Source: an uncultured Pseudomonadales bacterium (lineage in GTDB: Bacteria > Pseudomonadota > Gammaproteobacteria > Pseudomonadales > Azotimanducaceae). Taken from it: DNA of 64,000 nucleotides. The notes beneath the pieces were generated by a model, which saw nothing but the letters and a program-made list of their open reading frames with translations, ran no database searches and was not told the DNA's origin. The stretch lies in contig CAJJAQ010000025.1 in NCBI GenBank assembly GCA_905182095.1, positions 37,363 through 101,362 of the forward strand, given 5' to 3'. Of the stretch, positions 1 to 12,553 are shown piece after piece. The position numbers and the translations under genes are program-made. Within the stretch, counting starts at the first letter, position 1. The number at the start of each line of letters is the position of its first letter.

Positions 1-1826
1 TCTCCGGGTAATGGGCCACAGCATTTGCCATAGTTAATCACGAGTCCCTCGCCGCCACGAATGGCTATCGGTCCCCCACCCTGTACTTCAACGGCCTCGT
101 ATTCAGGATTGTCAACCGCGAGCAATTTTTGTGCAGCAACGTAAGCCATGAGCTCGCCGTTGCCGATGGCCGCTAATAGCTCATCAAGTTTGCGCACGCC
201 CAGTTCGGTGAAGACTTTGCGTAGGCGGCGGAAGTCTAGATCATTGATGCTTTTGTTGGCGTTGCCCAAGGCGCGATTCAGAAGCTTTCTGCCCAACGCA
301 ACAGATTCACCCTGTTGCTGGTGTTTTAGTTCATGGCGTATTGCTGAACGCGCCCGTGATGTGACGGTGAATGTCAGCCAATCAGGGTTGGGGCGACCAT
401 CTTCGGTAGTGATGATTTCCACCCTTTGCCCGCTTTGCAACTGCTGGGAGAGCGGTGCAAGCTTTTGGTCAATACGACAGGCGATGCAACGGTTACCCAC
501 ATCAGTGTGCACGCTGTAAGCGAAATCTACCGGACTCGAGCCGTTGGGTAATTCCAATATTTTGCCGTTAGGCGTAAAGACGTAAATTTCATCGGGGAAC
601 AAGTCGATTTTCAGGCTTTCGATAAACTCTAGTGGATTACCGGCACGACGCTGTAACTCCATCAAGTCTTTAATCCACTGTCTTGCCCTTTGGTGGTTAG
701 AGTCGAACTCGCCATCACTTTTATAAAGCCAGTGTCCGGCAATACCATTTTCTGCCACCGCTTCCATTTGCTTGGTGCGAATTTGCACTTCTATCGGTAC
801 GCCGTGCATACCAAACAAACTGGTGTGTAGGGATTGATAACCGTTGACCTTAGGGATGGCGATATAGTCTTTAAAACGGCTAGCAACGGGTTTATACAAA
901 TTGTGCACTATGCCTAGAGTGCGATAACAAGCGTCTGGCTGGTCGACTACAACTCGGAAACCAAATACGTCCATGATCTCAAGGAAAGATTTCTGCTTGG
1001 ATTTCATCTTTTTGTAGATAGAAAAAGCATTCTTTTCGCGTCCCACAACTTCAGCACTGATGCCTTCGCGGTTCAGCGCAGCCGTCATGGTGTCGCTGAT
1101 TTCGTCCATAAGTTTGCGGCGATTGCCGCGTGCGGAAATCACAGCGCGCTCAATACGATCTGAGCGCAGTGGGTAGAGGGCCTTAAAGCCTAGGTCCTCT
1201 AGTTCGCTTTTCATTGTATGAATGCCCAATCTATTCGCGATTGGGGCATAGAAGTCTAAGGTTTCTTTAGCAATACGTTTACGTTGGCTAGCTGACATCA
1301 CGCCGATAGTTCGCATATTGTGCAAACGATCAGCCATTTTCACCATGATGACGCGAATGTCTTTGGCCATGGCCAAGGCCATCTTCTGAAAGTTCTCGGC
1401 TTGAGCTTCGTCGCGGTTAGCGAAAATTTTGCTTAGCTTAGATACGCCATCGACAATTTCCGCCACAGACTCACCAAACATTTCGCCAAGAGATTGTTTG
1501 CTCGCGCTGGAATCTTCAATAACGTCATGCAGCAAGGCCGCCATAAGAGTTTGATGATCCATGCGCATTCCAGCAAGGATTTGTGCAACCGCTGTGGGGT
1601 GGGTTATGTAGGGGTGACCGGTACGTCTGCTTTGGCCTTCGTGGGCCTGTGTCGCATAGCTGTGGGCAGCTCTAACTTTCTCAATTTCCTGCTCATTAAG
1701 GTAGGTGAGCTGGTCCGTGAGAGTCTCTATGGTCGCAGGGGCTGCGACCTCAGTTTGCTTAGCGTGCGCAGCAAGCTGCGCTACAAAGTATGATTCTGAA
1801 CTGGGCTCAACCCGCAGTCGACTCAT
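1..1826 (-). CDS. spoT: bifunctional (p)ppGpp synthetase/hydrolase SpoT (RelA/SpoT homologue). The N-terminal ~608 codons are present and the C-terminus runs off the left edge of the window.
   Basis: The minus-strand frame reads from an ATG at 1826. It is absent from the ORF track, consistent with an ORF that has no stop in the window. My translation gives ...[40 protein letters not shown]... (HD hydrolase domain). In the same frame at positions 53..2 it gives ...[17 protein letters not shown], the conserved RSH C-terminal CC-P-PG motif. The start overlaps the rpoZ stop. gmk-rpoZ-spoT is the canonical order. Confidence 0.9.
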   Translation of the reverse strand, partial: MSRLRVEPSSESYFVAQLAAHAKQTEVAAPATIETLTDQLTYLNEQEIEKVRAAHSYATQAHEGQSRRTGHPYITHPTAVAQILAGMRMDHQTLMAALLHDVIEDSSASKQSLGEMFGESVAEIVDGVSKLSKIFANRDEAQAENFQKMALAMAKDIRVIMVKMADRLHNMRTIGVMSASQRKRIAKETLDFYAPIANRLGIHTMKSELEDLGFKALYPLRSDRIERAVISARGNRRKLMDEISDTMTAALNREGISAEVVGREKNAFSIYKKMKSKQKSFLEIMDVFGFRVVVDQPDACYRTLGIVHNLYKPVASRFKDYIAIPKVNGYQSLHTSLFGMHGVPIEVQIRTKQMEAVAENGIAGHWLYKSDGEFDSNHQRARQWIKDLMELQRRAGNPLEFIESLKIDLFPDEIYVFTPNGKILELPNGSSPVDFAYSVHTDVGNRCIACRIDQKLAPLSQQLQSGQRVEIITTEDGRPNPDWLTFTVTSRARSAIRHELKHQQQGESVALGRKLLNRALGNANKSINDLDFRRLRKVFTELGVRKLDELLAAIGNGELMAYVAAQKLLAVDNPEYEAVEVQGGGPIAIRGGEGLVINYGKCCGPLPG

Positions 1827-2103
1827 CCTCTCCTACTCTGCCACTGTTCAGATTGCCTACACTGAAATCGATATTTATTTCTTCATCATCTGGAGAAATT
1901 TCTTGGCTGTCTAACATCTCATGACTGATAAGACCTTGAGCAATTTCTCGCAAAGCAATGACCGTAGGCTTGTCGTTTTCTTCAGGCACCAATGCTTCGG
2001 TGTTGTAGTTGCGTAAAGCACGTGCGCGACGGCTAGCCAGCATGACGAGTTCAAACCGGTTATCTACATTATCCAAACAATCTTCTACAGTTACTCTAGC
2101 CAT
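1807..2103 (-). CDS. rpoZ: DNA-directed RNA polymerase subunit omega
   Basis: [30 protein letters not shown]... is the conserved omega N-terminus. The gene lies between gmk and spoT. Confidence 0.97.
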   Translation of the reverse strand: MARVTVEDCLDNVDNRFELVMLASRRARALRNYNTEALVPEENDKPTVIALREIAQGLISHEMLDSQEISPDDEEINIDFSVGNLNSGRVGEDESTAG

Positions 2104-2192
2104 GGGTCATCTCGAATATAAAATGGGAGTTGAGTTGGCGAGGATACAGACCAAGGCCTTGCTCCACAAGGCTTTGCTACGCTTTCGCTGGG

Positions 2193-2804
2193 TTATAGGC
2201 CCAGTAGTGACTTAATTTCCGGGCGCTGGGTTTGTATTGTTGTGGATTGCCTGCCGGTTCTCATCACAGAAAGCAATTGTACAAGGGCAGTGTCAAATTC
2301 GTCGTTGACAATTAGGTAGTCGAAATCCACTGCGCTGGCCATCTCTATGGACGCCTCGCTGAGTCTCCGCTGGATGCTTTCACTAGTATTTTGACCTCGA
2401 GAAATCAATCTGTCTTCTAAGGCTTGGATGGAAGGCGGCAGGATGAAAATGCTTACTGCATCGGGTAGCAGGGCTCTTACTTGAGCGGCACCTTGCCAGT
2501 CGATTTCAAGAATGACATCTTGGCCATTTTCTCGCTTGCCAGAGACTTCGCTACGCGATGTGCCGTAGTGATTATCAAATACATCCGCGTGTTCAAGAAA
2601 TTCTTCGGCGGCGATCATTTGGCTAAATTTGGCGTGATCGACAAAATGGTAATTGACCCCATTGTGTTCGCCAACGCGGGGTTCTCGAGTAGTGTGACTG
2701 ACCGCCACGACTAATTTTGGGTCACTTTCCAGCGCCGCTGAAACTAAGCTTGTTTTACCTGCGCCTGAAGGCGCAGAGACCAATATGAGTTGTCCTTGAA
2801 TCAT
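2193..2804 (-). CDS. gmk: guanylate kinase
   Basis: P-loop VSAPSGAGKTSLV and a guanylate-kinase-like body. The start forms an ATGA overlap with the upstream yicC-family stop (2801-2804). Confidence 0.96.
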   Translation of the reverse strand: MIQGQLILVSAPSGAGKTSLVSAALESDPKLVVAVSHTTREPRVGEHNGVNYHFVDHAKFSQMIAAEEFLEHADVFDNHYGTSRSEVSGKRENGQDVILEIDWQGAAQVRALLPDAVSIFILPPSIQALEDRLISRGQNTSESIQRRLSEASIEMASAVDFDYLIVNDEFDTALVQLLSVMRTGRQSTTIQTQRPEIKSLLGL

Positions 2805-3670
2805 TCTATGTTTTGCACCTGTTCCCGAATTTGTTCGATGATTACTTTGAGGTCCACAGAGGTTTGCGAACTCTCGGTCTTGATAGATTTTGCGCCGAGG
2901 GTGTTGGCTTCGCGATTAAGTTCTTGAGTTAAAAAATCTAACCGTCTGCCGTGTGGCCCAGCGCCGCCAATAAGTTCTTTCGCTTCTTCTACATGGATTA
3001 CCAGTCGGTCTAACTCTTCTCTGACATCTGCGCGTTGTGCCAGCAGTGCGACCTCTTGTTCCAGTCGGTCATTATCTACAGTCACCTCCAGTTCTGCCAC
3101 TCGCGCGAGTAGACGCTGACGCTGTTGTTGAGCTAGATCGTCGGCCAGTGGTCGAATTGCATCAACATGCCCGGCAATTAAATCGAGCTGTTCTACGAGG
3201 ATAACTTTGAGTCGTTCGCCTTCTCTAGAGCGTGCTGCAACGAAGGCAGCCAGCGCTTCTTCAAAAAGTTCTAGTACATCATTGTCTAGATCAGCATCTT
3301 GGATTGATGAAGGTTGCATTACACCGGGCCAATGTAGGATATCGATGGCGTTTAGTGCCTTGGTATCCGGGGCCAAAGCTTTCAGTTCATTAAAAGCCTG
3401 GAGCAGCTCTTGGACCTTTTCGGCGTTCAAGGTTAAGCCTTTGCTGCCGGCAGTTGATTCCACTCGAAGTGAACAATCGACTTTGCCTCGTTTGAGCTGT
3501 GCGCGGGCACTGTCCCTGATTTTTTGCTCCAGCCCTCGCAGACTGTCGGGCATGCGAAAAGCGGTTTCTAAATAGCGATGATTGACCGACTTCAATTCCC
3601 ACACCAGGTGATGCTGTTCAACGTCGCGCTCACTACGGGCAAAGGCGGTCATGCTATACATTTGGTTCAT
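2801..3670 (-). CDS. yicC: YicC family stress-induced protein
   Basis: The N-terminus MNQMYSMTAFARSE and the C-terminal ...LTQELNREANTLGAKS... are typical of the YicC/DUF1732 family. I trimmed the track ORF (to 3817) to the ATG at 3670, which gives a family-typical ~290 aa. It is divergent from rph, as in E. coli. Confidence 0.88.
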   Translation of the reverse strand: MNQMYSMTAFARSERDVEQHHLVWELKSVNHRYLETAFRMPDSLRGLEQKIRDSARAQLKRGKVDCSLRVESTAGSKGLTLNAEKVQELLQAFNELKALAPDTKALNAIDILHWPGVMQPSSIQDADLDNDVLELFEEALAAFVAARSREGERLKVILVEQLDLIAGHVDAIRPLADDLAQQQRQRLLARVAELEVTVDNDRLEQEVALLAQRADVREELDRLVIHVEEAKELIGGAGPHGRRLDFLTQELNREANTLGAKSIKTESSQTSVDLKVIIEQIREQVQNIE

Positions 3671-3939
3671 TTTTTGGCGCAATTTTAATTGGTTAAACGC
3701 TCTTAGCGTTGGAAGCAGGGATAATACTATTTTTACTAAAGCTTCGCGTGCTTTAGTACTAAAGCATTGGGTGTTAAAGGCGTTAGATTGGCCGCAGTGG
3801 AGAGTTAAAACGCACACTTTGATGAAATCGCTGTTTTCTATATGCCATTGAGTGAATAATTCACCCTCTCAGCTTTGACGGCAATATTGCCGCGAAGCAA
3901 TTTTTATAACGCCCTATTTATAAACCCTTAGGAGATACT

Positions 3940-4641
3940 ATGCGGCCAAGTGGTAGATCAACCGATCAGCTCAGAGACATTAAATTTACACGAAATTTCA
4001 CCATGCATTCTGCGGGATCCGTTTTGGTGGAGTTTGGTAATACCAAAGTTATCTGTACAGCGTCTGTAGAGAATTCAGTGCCTGGATTTTTACGCGGTAA
4101 AGGCGTGGGTTGGGTTACTGCCGAGTACGGTATGTTGCCTGGTGCGACTAACAGCCGTAATGATCGTGAAGCTGCTCGCGGCAAGCAGAGTGGTCGTACC
4201 GTAGAGATTCAGCGCCTAATCGGTCGTTCGCTGCGCGCAATGGTAGATATGAAGGCTTTGGGCGAGCGAACAATTCGTCTTGATTGCGATGTAATTCAAG
4301 CTGACGGTGGCACTCGAACAGCTTCAATTACTGGCGGTGCAATCGCCTTGGCTGATGCCATTGCCTCTGTAAAGGCGCCCGGTGCTTTGATCGGTATGGT
4401 TTCCTCAGTCAGTGTAGGTATTTACAAAGGTACGCCGGTACTTGACTTGGACTATGCAGAAGATTCCAACGCTGAAACCGATATGAATGTTGTTGCCATG
4501 GGCGACAAAGGCTTTATTGAACTGCAGGGTACAGGTGAAGAAGCACCCTTCAATAGGACCGAACTGAATGCGTTGATCGAGTTGGCGGAAAAAGGCACAG
4601 CCGAGTTACTTGCTCTGCAGCAGGCTGCATTGGCCCAATAA
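3940..4641 (+). CDS. rph: ribonuclease PH
   Basis: [20 protein letters not shown]... and ...[18 protein letters not shown]... match RNase PH. An AGGAG RBS lies upstream. Confidence 0.97.
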   Translation: MRPSGRSTDQLRDIKFTRNFTMHSAGSVLVEFGNTKVICTASVENSVPGFLRGKGVGWVTAEYGMLPGATNSRNDREAARGKQSGRTVEIQRLIGRSLRAMVDMKALGERTIRLDCDVIQADGGTRTASITGGAIALADAIASVKAPGALIGMVSSVSVGIYKGTPVLDLDYAEDSNAETDMNVVAMGDKGFIELQGTGEEAPFNRTELNALIELAEKGTAELLALQQAALAQ

Positions 4642-4652
4642 TCTGCGCCGCT

Positions 4653-4680
4653 TAGCCCCAACAAAAATTTGCTGGGGCTA
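4653..4680 (+). terminator. hairpin in the rph-pyrE spacer (possible attenuator or terminator)
   Basis: TAGCCCCA (4653-4660) and TGGGGCTA (4673-4680) form a perfect 8-bp stem with a 12-nt loop, starting 12 nt after the rph stop. The tail TTGGGGTATT is only weakly U-rich. E. coli has an attenuator at the equivalent position. Confidence 0.35.
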
Positions 4681-4768
4681 TTGGGGTATTGAGTAGGCTC
4701 GATGGCATCATTAGTTGCCTGCTTAAAGATTTTTTTACTTTGGTTGCTTCGGCAAATTTGGAGAAAAA

Positions 4769-5419
4769 ATGACCGCTATGACTTCTACAACGTCCTTTAT
4801 CGAGTTTTTAGTTGGCCAAGGGGTGTTAAAGTTTGGTGACTTCACCTTGAACTCAGGTAGAAAGAGCCCGTACTTTTTCAACCTGGGTTCAGTAGACGAT
4901 GGCCCTGGACTGCTCACCTTAGGCAGAGCTTATGCCGATGCCATTGTGGCATCTAAAGTCGAGTTCGATGTTCTTTTTGGGCCAGCGTATAAAGGCATAC
5001 CCATTGCTGTTGCAACGGCATTAGCTTTGGCTGAGCGCAACATCAATGTAGGCGTTGCTTATAATCGCAAAGAAGCCAAAGACCATGGCGAAGGCGGCAA
5101 TCTTGTTGGCGCGCCAGTGAAGGGTCGAATATTGTTGGTTGATGATGTACTGACTTCGGGCAAAGCCATTCGCACTGCAGTTGATCTCATTAAGGCTGAA
5201 GACGCGGAAATTGCCGGGGTGGTTATCGCTCTGGACCGAGCCGAATATGGACCCACTGGAGAAACCGCAGTAGACACCTTGGCGTCTGACCTCGCGGCGC
5301 CAATGATCAGCATTGCTGGTGTTGCAGATGTGATTAGCTTTTTGCAAGGCGATGAGGATATGCAGGTGGTGTTGCAGAGCATGCGTGAGTATCAGCAAGC
5401 TTATTGCAAGCTTGCCTAA
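4769..5419 (+). CDS. pyrE: orotate phosphoribosyltransferase
   Basis: PRPP-binding loop ILLVDDVLTSGKA and an OPRTase-like N-terminus (FIEFLVGQGVLKFGDFTLNSGRKSPYFFN). It follows rph. Confidence 0.97.
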   Translation: MTAMTSTTSFIEFLVGQGVLKFGDFTLNSGRKSPYFFNLGSVDDGPGLLTLGRAYADAIVASKVEFDVLFGPAYKGIPIAVATALALAERNINVGVAYNRKEAKDHGEGGNLVGAPVKGRILLVDDVLTSGKAIRTAVDLIKAEDAEIAGVVIALDRAEYGPTGETAVDTLASDLAAPMISIAGVADVISFLQGDEDMQVVLQSMREYQQAYCKLA

Positions 5420-5432
5420 CATCGGATCGGCT

Positions 5433-8341
<2,909 letters not shown>

Positions 8342-8352
8342 TAATTTTTTAA

Positions 8353-9600
8353 TTACTTATTTTCGACGAGCTGCTTGGCAAACACAGATATTATTTCATC
8401 TAGGATGTGCTCTGCTATTTGGCCCTTGCTCTGGCGAGGGTACTTGGTTTCACCATTTTTGTGGATGAAGGTTACTTCGTTGTCTTGACTGTTGAAGCCA
8501 ATGTCGTGATTTGAAACATCATTGACGATGATGGCGTCTAAGCCTTTGCGCTGGCGCTTAGACCGGGCGTATTCTAGGGTGTCGTGGGTTTCAGCAGCGA
8601 AGCCGATGACCAACCCAGCCGCCTTGCTGGCAACGACGCTGGCGATGATGTCTGGATTTTCCACAAGGCGTAGGCTCATATTCGGATCTGCTGTTTCCGT
8701 ACGTTTGATCTTTTTCTCATGAATGGCTTCTACTCGATAGTCGGCTACCGCTGCAACGCCAATGAACACATCAACATCGCCTAAACCCTGATGTACTGCG
8801 TCGTGCATTTCCAAGGCCGTGGTTACGTCTAATCTTGTGATAGATGGATTAGATTCTGGTACTCGTGGTCCGGCAATGACGCTGACTTTGGCGCCTCGAG
8901 CGAGGGCTGCATTGGCAATACTTAGTCCCTGTAACCCTGAACTGTGGTTGGAAATATAGCGCACCGGATCTATAGCTTCTTGAGTTGGCCCTGTTGTAAT
9001 CATGACGTGCAAGCCGGCCCATTGGGCACTTTTCGCGCTTTGCGTCTTAGGTGAGTAGTGCTGAGCGATGATTGTTTCGATGATCTCTTCAGGCTCAGTC
9101 ATTCTGCCAGGACCGTCGTCGCCGCAGGCTTGGTCGCCGTGGTCAGGCCCAATAAGTCGGTAGTTAAAGCTGGCCAATGTCTGCAAGTTAGATTGAGTGG
9201 CCGGGTGTTTGTACATTTGTTGGTTCATGGAGGGTGCAATACTTATTGGCGCTTGGGTTGCCAAACATAACGTCGTCAGCAAATCGTCGGCTCGACCCTG
9301 GGCTAGCCGTGCAATGCAGTTAGCGGTGGCTGGCGCTATAACAATCTGGTCTGCCCATCTTGCCAATTCAATATGGCCCATGGCGGCTTCTGCATTTTCG
9401 TCCCACAGAGTTTTGCGTACTGGACTGCCAGATACTGCTTGTAGGGCCGTTGGCGTAACAAAGTGGTGGGCATTTTCTGACATCACAACTTTAACTTCTG
9501 CACCTTGGGCGACCAAACCTCTTACAAGCGCTGGGGTTTTATACGCAGCAATGCCTGACGAAATACCAAGCAAAATATGTTGCCCTGCAAGTTTGGACAT
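8353..9600 (-). CDS. coaBC: bifunctional phosphopantothenoylcysteine decarboxylase / phosphopantothenate-cysteine ligase
   Basis: An N-terminal flavoprotein domain (ILLGISSGIAAYK) plus a C-terminal DFP/CoaB domain. I prefer the ATG at 9600 (MSKLAGQH...) to the track start at 9618. Confidence 0.93.
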   Translation of the reverse strand: MSKLAGQHILLGISSGIAAYKTPALVRGLVAQGAEVKVVMSENAHHFVTPTALQAVSGSPVRKTLWDENAEAAMGHIELARWADQIVIAPATANCIARLAQGRADDLLTTLCLATQAPISIAPSMNQQMYKHPATQSNLQTLASFNYRLIGPDHGDQACGDDGPGRMTEPEEIIETIIAQHYSPKTQSAKSAQWAGLHVMITTGPTQEAIDPVRYISNHSSGLQGLSIANAALARGAKVSVIAGPRVPESNPSITRLDVTTALEMHDAVHQGLGDVDVFIGVAAVADYRVEAIHEKKIKRTETADPNMSLRLVENPDIIASVVASKAAGLVIGFAAETHDTLEYARSKRQRKGLDAIIVNDVSNHDIGFNSQDNEVTFIHKNGETKYPRQSKGQIAEHILDEIISVFAKQLVENK

Positions 9601-9654
9601 AGCAAAACCTTGAAACATTTAAAAGATGAAAATAACCGTTGCGTTGCTGACACC

Positions 9655-10464
9655 GTGACTCACAAAAACTCGTGCAAAAGTACGTGCAAAAACTCGCACA
9701 AAAGCACAGTCGAAAGTACGCTCCAAACCACGGAAAAAACCACGGGAAAAACGTCAGCAAAGACCAAGGTTAACATTGAACCTTGCAAAGACGTAATCTC
9801 TAGATGGCAAGAAGATGAGAGGCCTCGTGAGCGGCTTTTACGCCATGGCCCAGAAAACCTCTCAACGGCGGAACTTTTGGCGCTGTGCTTAGTTTCTGGG
9901 AGTAAAGGGGAAGATGCGGTGCGGATGTCGCGTCGGCTGTTAGAGGAGTTTGGCGGGGTCGGTACATTGCTTGGTGCGCCGATTAGCGCTTTGACCAAGT
10001 TTCGTGGAGTTGGCCTGGCAAAGGCTGCCCAGATCAAAGCAATACATGAGCTTATGGCCCGGGATGTTGAGGTTGATTTAGCCAAAGGCCAGCGCTTTAA
10101 CGACCAACAGTCTGTGAGTCGCTATCTCCGTAAGCGTATTGGTCATTCGCCGCGAGAAGTATTCGCCTGCCTGTACTTAAATTCCAAGCACGAGTTACTC
10201 GCCTTTGAGATCATGTTTAATGGTTCTATTGACCGCGCTCATGTGCACCCTCGTGAAGTATTGCGCCGCGGTATTGAGCTTAATGCTGCGGCAATTATAT
10301 TGGCCCACAATCATCCTTCTGGGGTTGCAGAGCCAAGTCAGGCCGACATTTTTTTGACCAAAGAACTGACCAATTTACTTAAACAAGTAGATATCCGTGT
10401 ACTCGATCATTTCGTTGTTTGTGCGAGAAATACGGTTTCTTTGGCCGCTAGAGGCCTGATCTAG
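9655..10464 (+). CDS. radC: RadC-family (JAMM-like) protein with an unusual repeat-containing N-terminal extension. The start is uncertain.
   Basis: ...[25 protein letters not shown]... and the JAMM-type motif ILAHNHPSG. There is no ATG, GTG or TTG in frame between the 12-bp repeat block and the conserved domain. The possible starts are GTG 9655, TTG 9610 and ATG 9577, and none has a good RBS. Confidence 0.8.
   Translation: MTHKNSCKSTCKNSHKSTVESTLQTTEKTTGKTSAKTKVNIEPCKDVISRWQEDERPRERLLRHGPENLSTAELLALCLVSGSKGEDAVRMSRRLLEEFGGVGTLLGAPISALTKFRGVGLAKAAQIKAIHELMARDVEVDLAKGQRFNDQQSVSRYLRKRIGHSPREVFACLYLNSKHELLAFEIMFNGSIDRAHVHPREVLRRGIELNAAAIILAHNHPSGVAEPSQADIFLTKELTNLLKQVDIRVLDHFVVCARNTVSLAARGLI
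9659..9766 (+). repeat. nine tandem degenerate 12-bp repeats (CGNNCAAAANNN)
   Basis: Units in register: ctcacaaaaact / cgtgcaaaagta / cgtgcaaaaact / cgcacaaaagca / cagtcgaaagta / cgctccaaacca / cggaaaaaacca / cgggaaaaacgt / cagcaaagacca. Confidence 0.85.
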
Positions 10465-10532
10465 CCTTTTTTGTTGCTCTAATTCCCCCACTTTGGTATA
10501 AACGCGCCTCAAATTTTCTAGGGATCCCGACT

Positions 10533-10769
10533 ATGTCCAAGGTATGTCAGGTCACAGGCAAAAGACCAATGGCTGGCAACAATGTCAGTCACGCAATGAA
10601 TAAGACGAGAAGGCGCTTCTTGCCTAATCTGCATTACCATCGTTTTTGGGTGGAATCAGAAAAGCGCTACGTCAAACTGCGAGTATCGTCTAATGGTATG
10701 CGTATTATCGACAAGAAAGGTATTGATATCGTTCTTAAAGACGTGCGCGCTGCAGGTCATAAGGTATAA
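10533..10769 (+). CDS. rpmB: 50S ribosomal protein L28
   Basis: [34 protein letters not shown]... is the conserved L28 sequence. Confidence 0.97.
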   Translation: MSKVCQVTGKRPMAGNNVSHAMNKTRRRFLPNLHYHRFWVESEKRYVKLRVSSNGMRIIDKKGIDIVLKDVRAAGHKV

Positions 10770-10879
10770 CAAGCTCTCCTTGCCAGCCAAGCTAGCAGCT
10801 TAGGTGGGTTAAAGAGTATAGTTGCTTGGCTTAGGTTGGCTGTTAATCGACCAAGCCATCAATAAAACGGATTAAAACT

Positions 10880-11035
10880 ATGCGTGATAAAATCAAACTC
10901 GTTTCAAGTGCCGGTACCGGACACTACTACACGACTGATAAAAACAAGAAGAACACACCAGACAAGATGGAAATTAAAAAATTCGATCCTGTTGTGCGCA
11001 AGCATGTGCTCTACAAGGAAGCAAAGATTAAGTAA
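10880..11035 (+). CDS. rpmG: 50S ribosomal protein L33
   Basis: It is not in the ORF track because it is under 60 aa. My translation is [51 protein letters not shown] (51 aa), a classic L33, immediately downstream of rpmB. Confidence 0.94.
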   Translation: MRDKIKLVSSAGTGHYYTTDKNKKNTPDKMEIKKFDPVVRKHVLYKEAKIK

Positions 11036-11038
11036 GGA

Positions 11039-11863
11039 ATGCCCGAACTCCCCGAAGTCGAAACGACTCGGCGGGGCATAGAGCCCTTCCTCCTTGATCA
11101 ATCGATCCTTGAGATCGAAGTCCGGCAGCCTCGCCTGAGGTGGCCGGTAGACTTGCCGCCCAACCTTGCTGGCAGCAAGGTTGTAGATGTTTCCCGACGC
11201 GGAAAATATATTCTGATTACCACACAAGTAGGCTCTTTGCTTATACACCTTGGTATGTCAGGTAGCCTCAGAGTGGTTAGTCCTCAAACCCCGCCTAAGT
11301 TGCATGATCATATTGATATCAAGCTGACTGGTGAGCATTGGCTGCGTTTTAACGATCCCCGTCGATTTGGCAGTTTTCATTTTCAGCCAGGTAATGCTCA
11401 CGAGCACTGGTTGCTTAAAGATCTCGGCGTTGAACCTTTGGAAAACGAGTTTTCTGGCGACTATTTGTTTAATAGTTCAAGGCGACGAAAGGTTGCGGTG
11501 AAGAATCATATTATGGACGGTAAAGTCGTCGTCGGTGTGGGCAACATTTACGCCGCTGAATCGCTATTTATGGCCAAAATCAGGCCTGCAACGTCTGCTC
11601 AGAGAGTGAGTCGGCTGGCCTATGAAAATTTGGCTCAAGCCATTCGCCAGATTTTGGCTAGCGCCATCAAGGTCGGTGGGACAACCCTACGAGACTTTGT
11701 CGGTTCCGATGGTCAGCCTGGCTATTTTAGCCAAAGCCTCAATGTCTATGGTCGCGAGGGCCAACCCTGCAGAGAGTGCGCCAGCACGCTTAAGGGGCAG
11801 GTATTAGGCCAGAGGAGTACTGTGTATTGCCCCAACTGCCAAAAATTCAGTGGGTGGCGTTAG
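11039..11863 (+). CDS. mutM: formamidopyrimidine-DNA glycosylase
   Basis: Catalytic N-terminus MPELPEVET and C-terminal zinc finger CRECAS...CPNCQ. Confidence 0.95.
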   Translation: MPELPEVETTRRGIEPFLLDQSILEIEVRQPRLRWPVDLPPNLAGSKVVDVSRRGKYILITTQVGSLLIHLGMSGSLRVVSPQTPPKLHDHIDIKLTGEHWLRFNDPRRFGSFHFQPGNAHEHWLLKDLGVEPLENEFSGDYLFNSSRRRKVAVKNHIMDGKVVVGVGNIYAAESLFMAKIRPATSAQRVSRLAYENLAQAIRQILASAIKVGGTTLRDFVGSDGQPGYFSQSLNVYGREGQPCRECASTLKGQVLGQRSTVYCPNCQKFSGWR

Positions 11864-11954
11864 AAGCCGCTACAAGGCGTCTATTGAGTCGGGGCGTGGG
11901 GTTCTACTAGCGAGTTTTTGTCAGTGCCGCGCTCATGGCGTTACCTCATGGCCA

Positions 11955-12452
11955 TTATTTTGCGCTCTTTGCGTTCTTTTGTGCCAATTCAGTAATGACT
12001 TCAGGGTGAACAAACTGCGATATGTCACCGCCCAAAGCTGAAATTTCTCTGACCAATGTTGAGGAGATAAAAGAGCAATCTTTTGATGTGGGTAAGAACA
12101 CGTACTCAAGCTGAGGGTCTAGAGATCTGTTCATCTCTGCCATCTGGAATTCGTAGTCGAAATCAGTGACTGTGCGCAGCCCGCGCAATACGAACCGTGT
12201 TTCTTTGGACCTAACATAGTCGACTAAGAGTGAATTAAAGCCTTCAACTGAAACTCGGTCGCCATATTGCTCGAGGACTTTTTCGCACAGAGCAATTCTG
12301 TCTGCCAAATCTACTTTCGGGTCTTTATTGATAGATGTGCCGATGGCCAAGACGACGTGGTCAAATAGGGTTAATGCCCTTTCTACAAGATCAGTATGCC
12401 CGTTAGTGATTGGGTTGAATGATCCTGGGTAAACCACAGTTCTCTTTGACAT
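11955..12452 (-). CDS. coaD: phosphopantetheine adenylyltransferase
   Basis: VVYPGSFNPITNGHTDLVERA nucleotidyltransferase motif, and a family-typical length of 165 aa. Confidence 0.96.
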   Translation of the reverse strand: MSKRTVVYPGSFNPITNGHTDLVERALTLFDHVVLAIGTSINKDPKVDLADRIALCEKVLEQYGDRVSVEGFNSLLVDYVRSKETRFVLRGLRTVTDFDYEFQMAEMNRSLDPQLEYVFLPTSKDCSFISSTLVREISALGGDISQFVHPEVITELAQKNAKSAK

Positions 12453-12553
12453 AGTCTTCTTCTCTGCGTCTTTAGACGTCTAATTTCATCGTTAGGGCGA
12501 TATTAGCCTTGGGTTTTTGCGACTGCAAGTTGATTGAAGTGAATGAAATGTGC

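Noticed and set aside
148-1793. Plus-strand ORFs 148..519 (123 aa) and 1494..1793 (99 aa) from the track.
   Set aside because: They lie antisense inside the clearly recognisable spoT reading frame (HD domain and CC-P-PG motif on the minus strand). Their translations are low-complexity Ser/Arg/Leu-rich with no recognisable motif.
2801-3817. Long N-terminal extensions in track ORFs: yicC to 3817, rpoH from 16068, gshB to 27287, rsmE to 29559, rpiA to 39559, ilvA from 39430, ygfA to 42351, gcvH from 47805, gcvPB from 49702, and NRDE to 59406.
   Set aside because: The extensions begin at TTG, GTG or an upstream ATG without an RBS. They overlap neighbouring genes or regulatory elements and precede well-conserved family N-termini that have their own start codon and RBS. 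I treated them as longest-ORF artefacts rather than novel N-terminal domains.
10884-11248. Track ORFs 10884..11081 (+) and 10904..11248 (-) over the rpmG/mutM start region.
   Set aside because: The real gene here is the 51-codon rpmG (10880..11035) in another frame, followed by mutM. The listed ORFs are out-of-frame or antisense artefacts.
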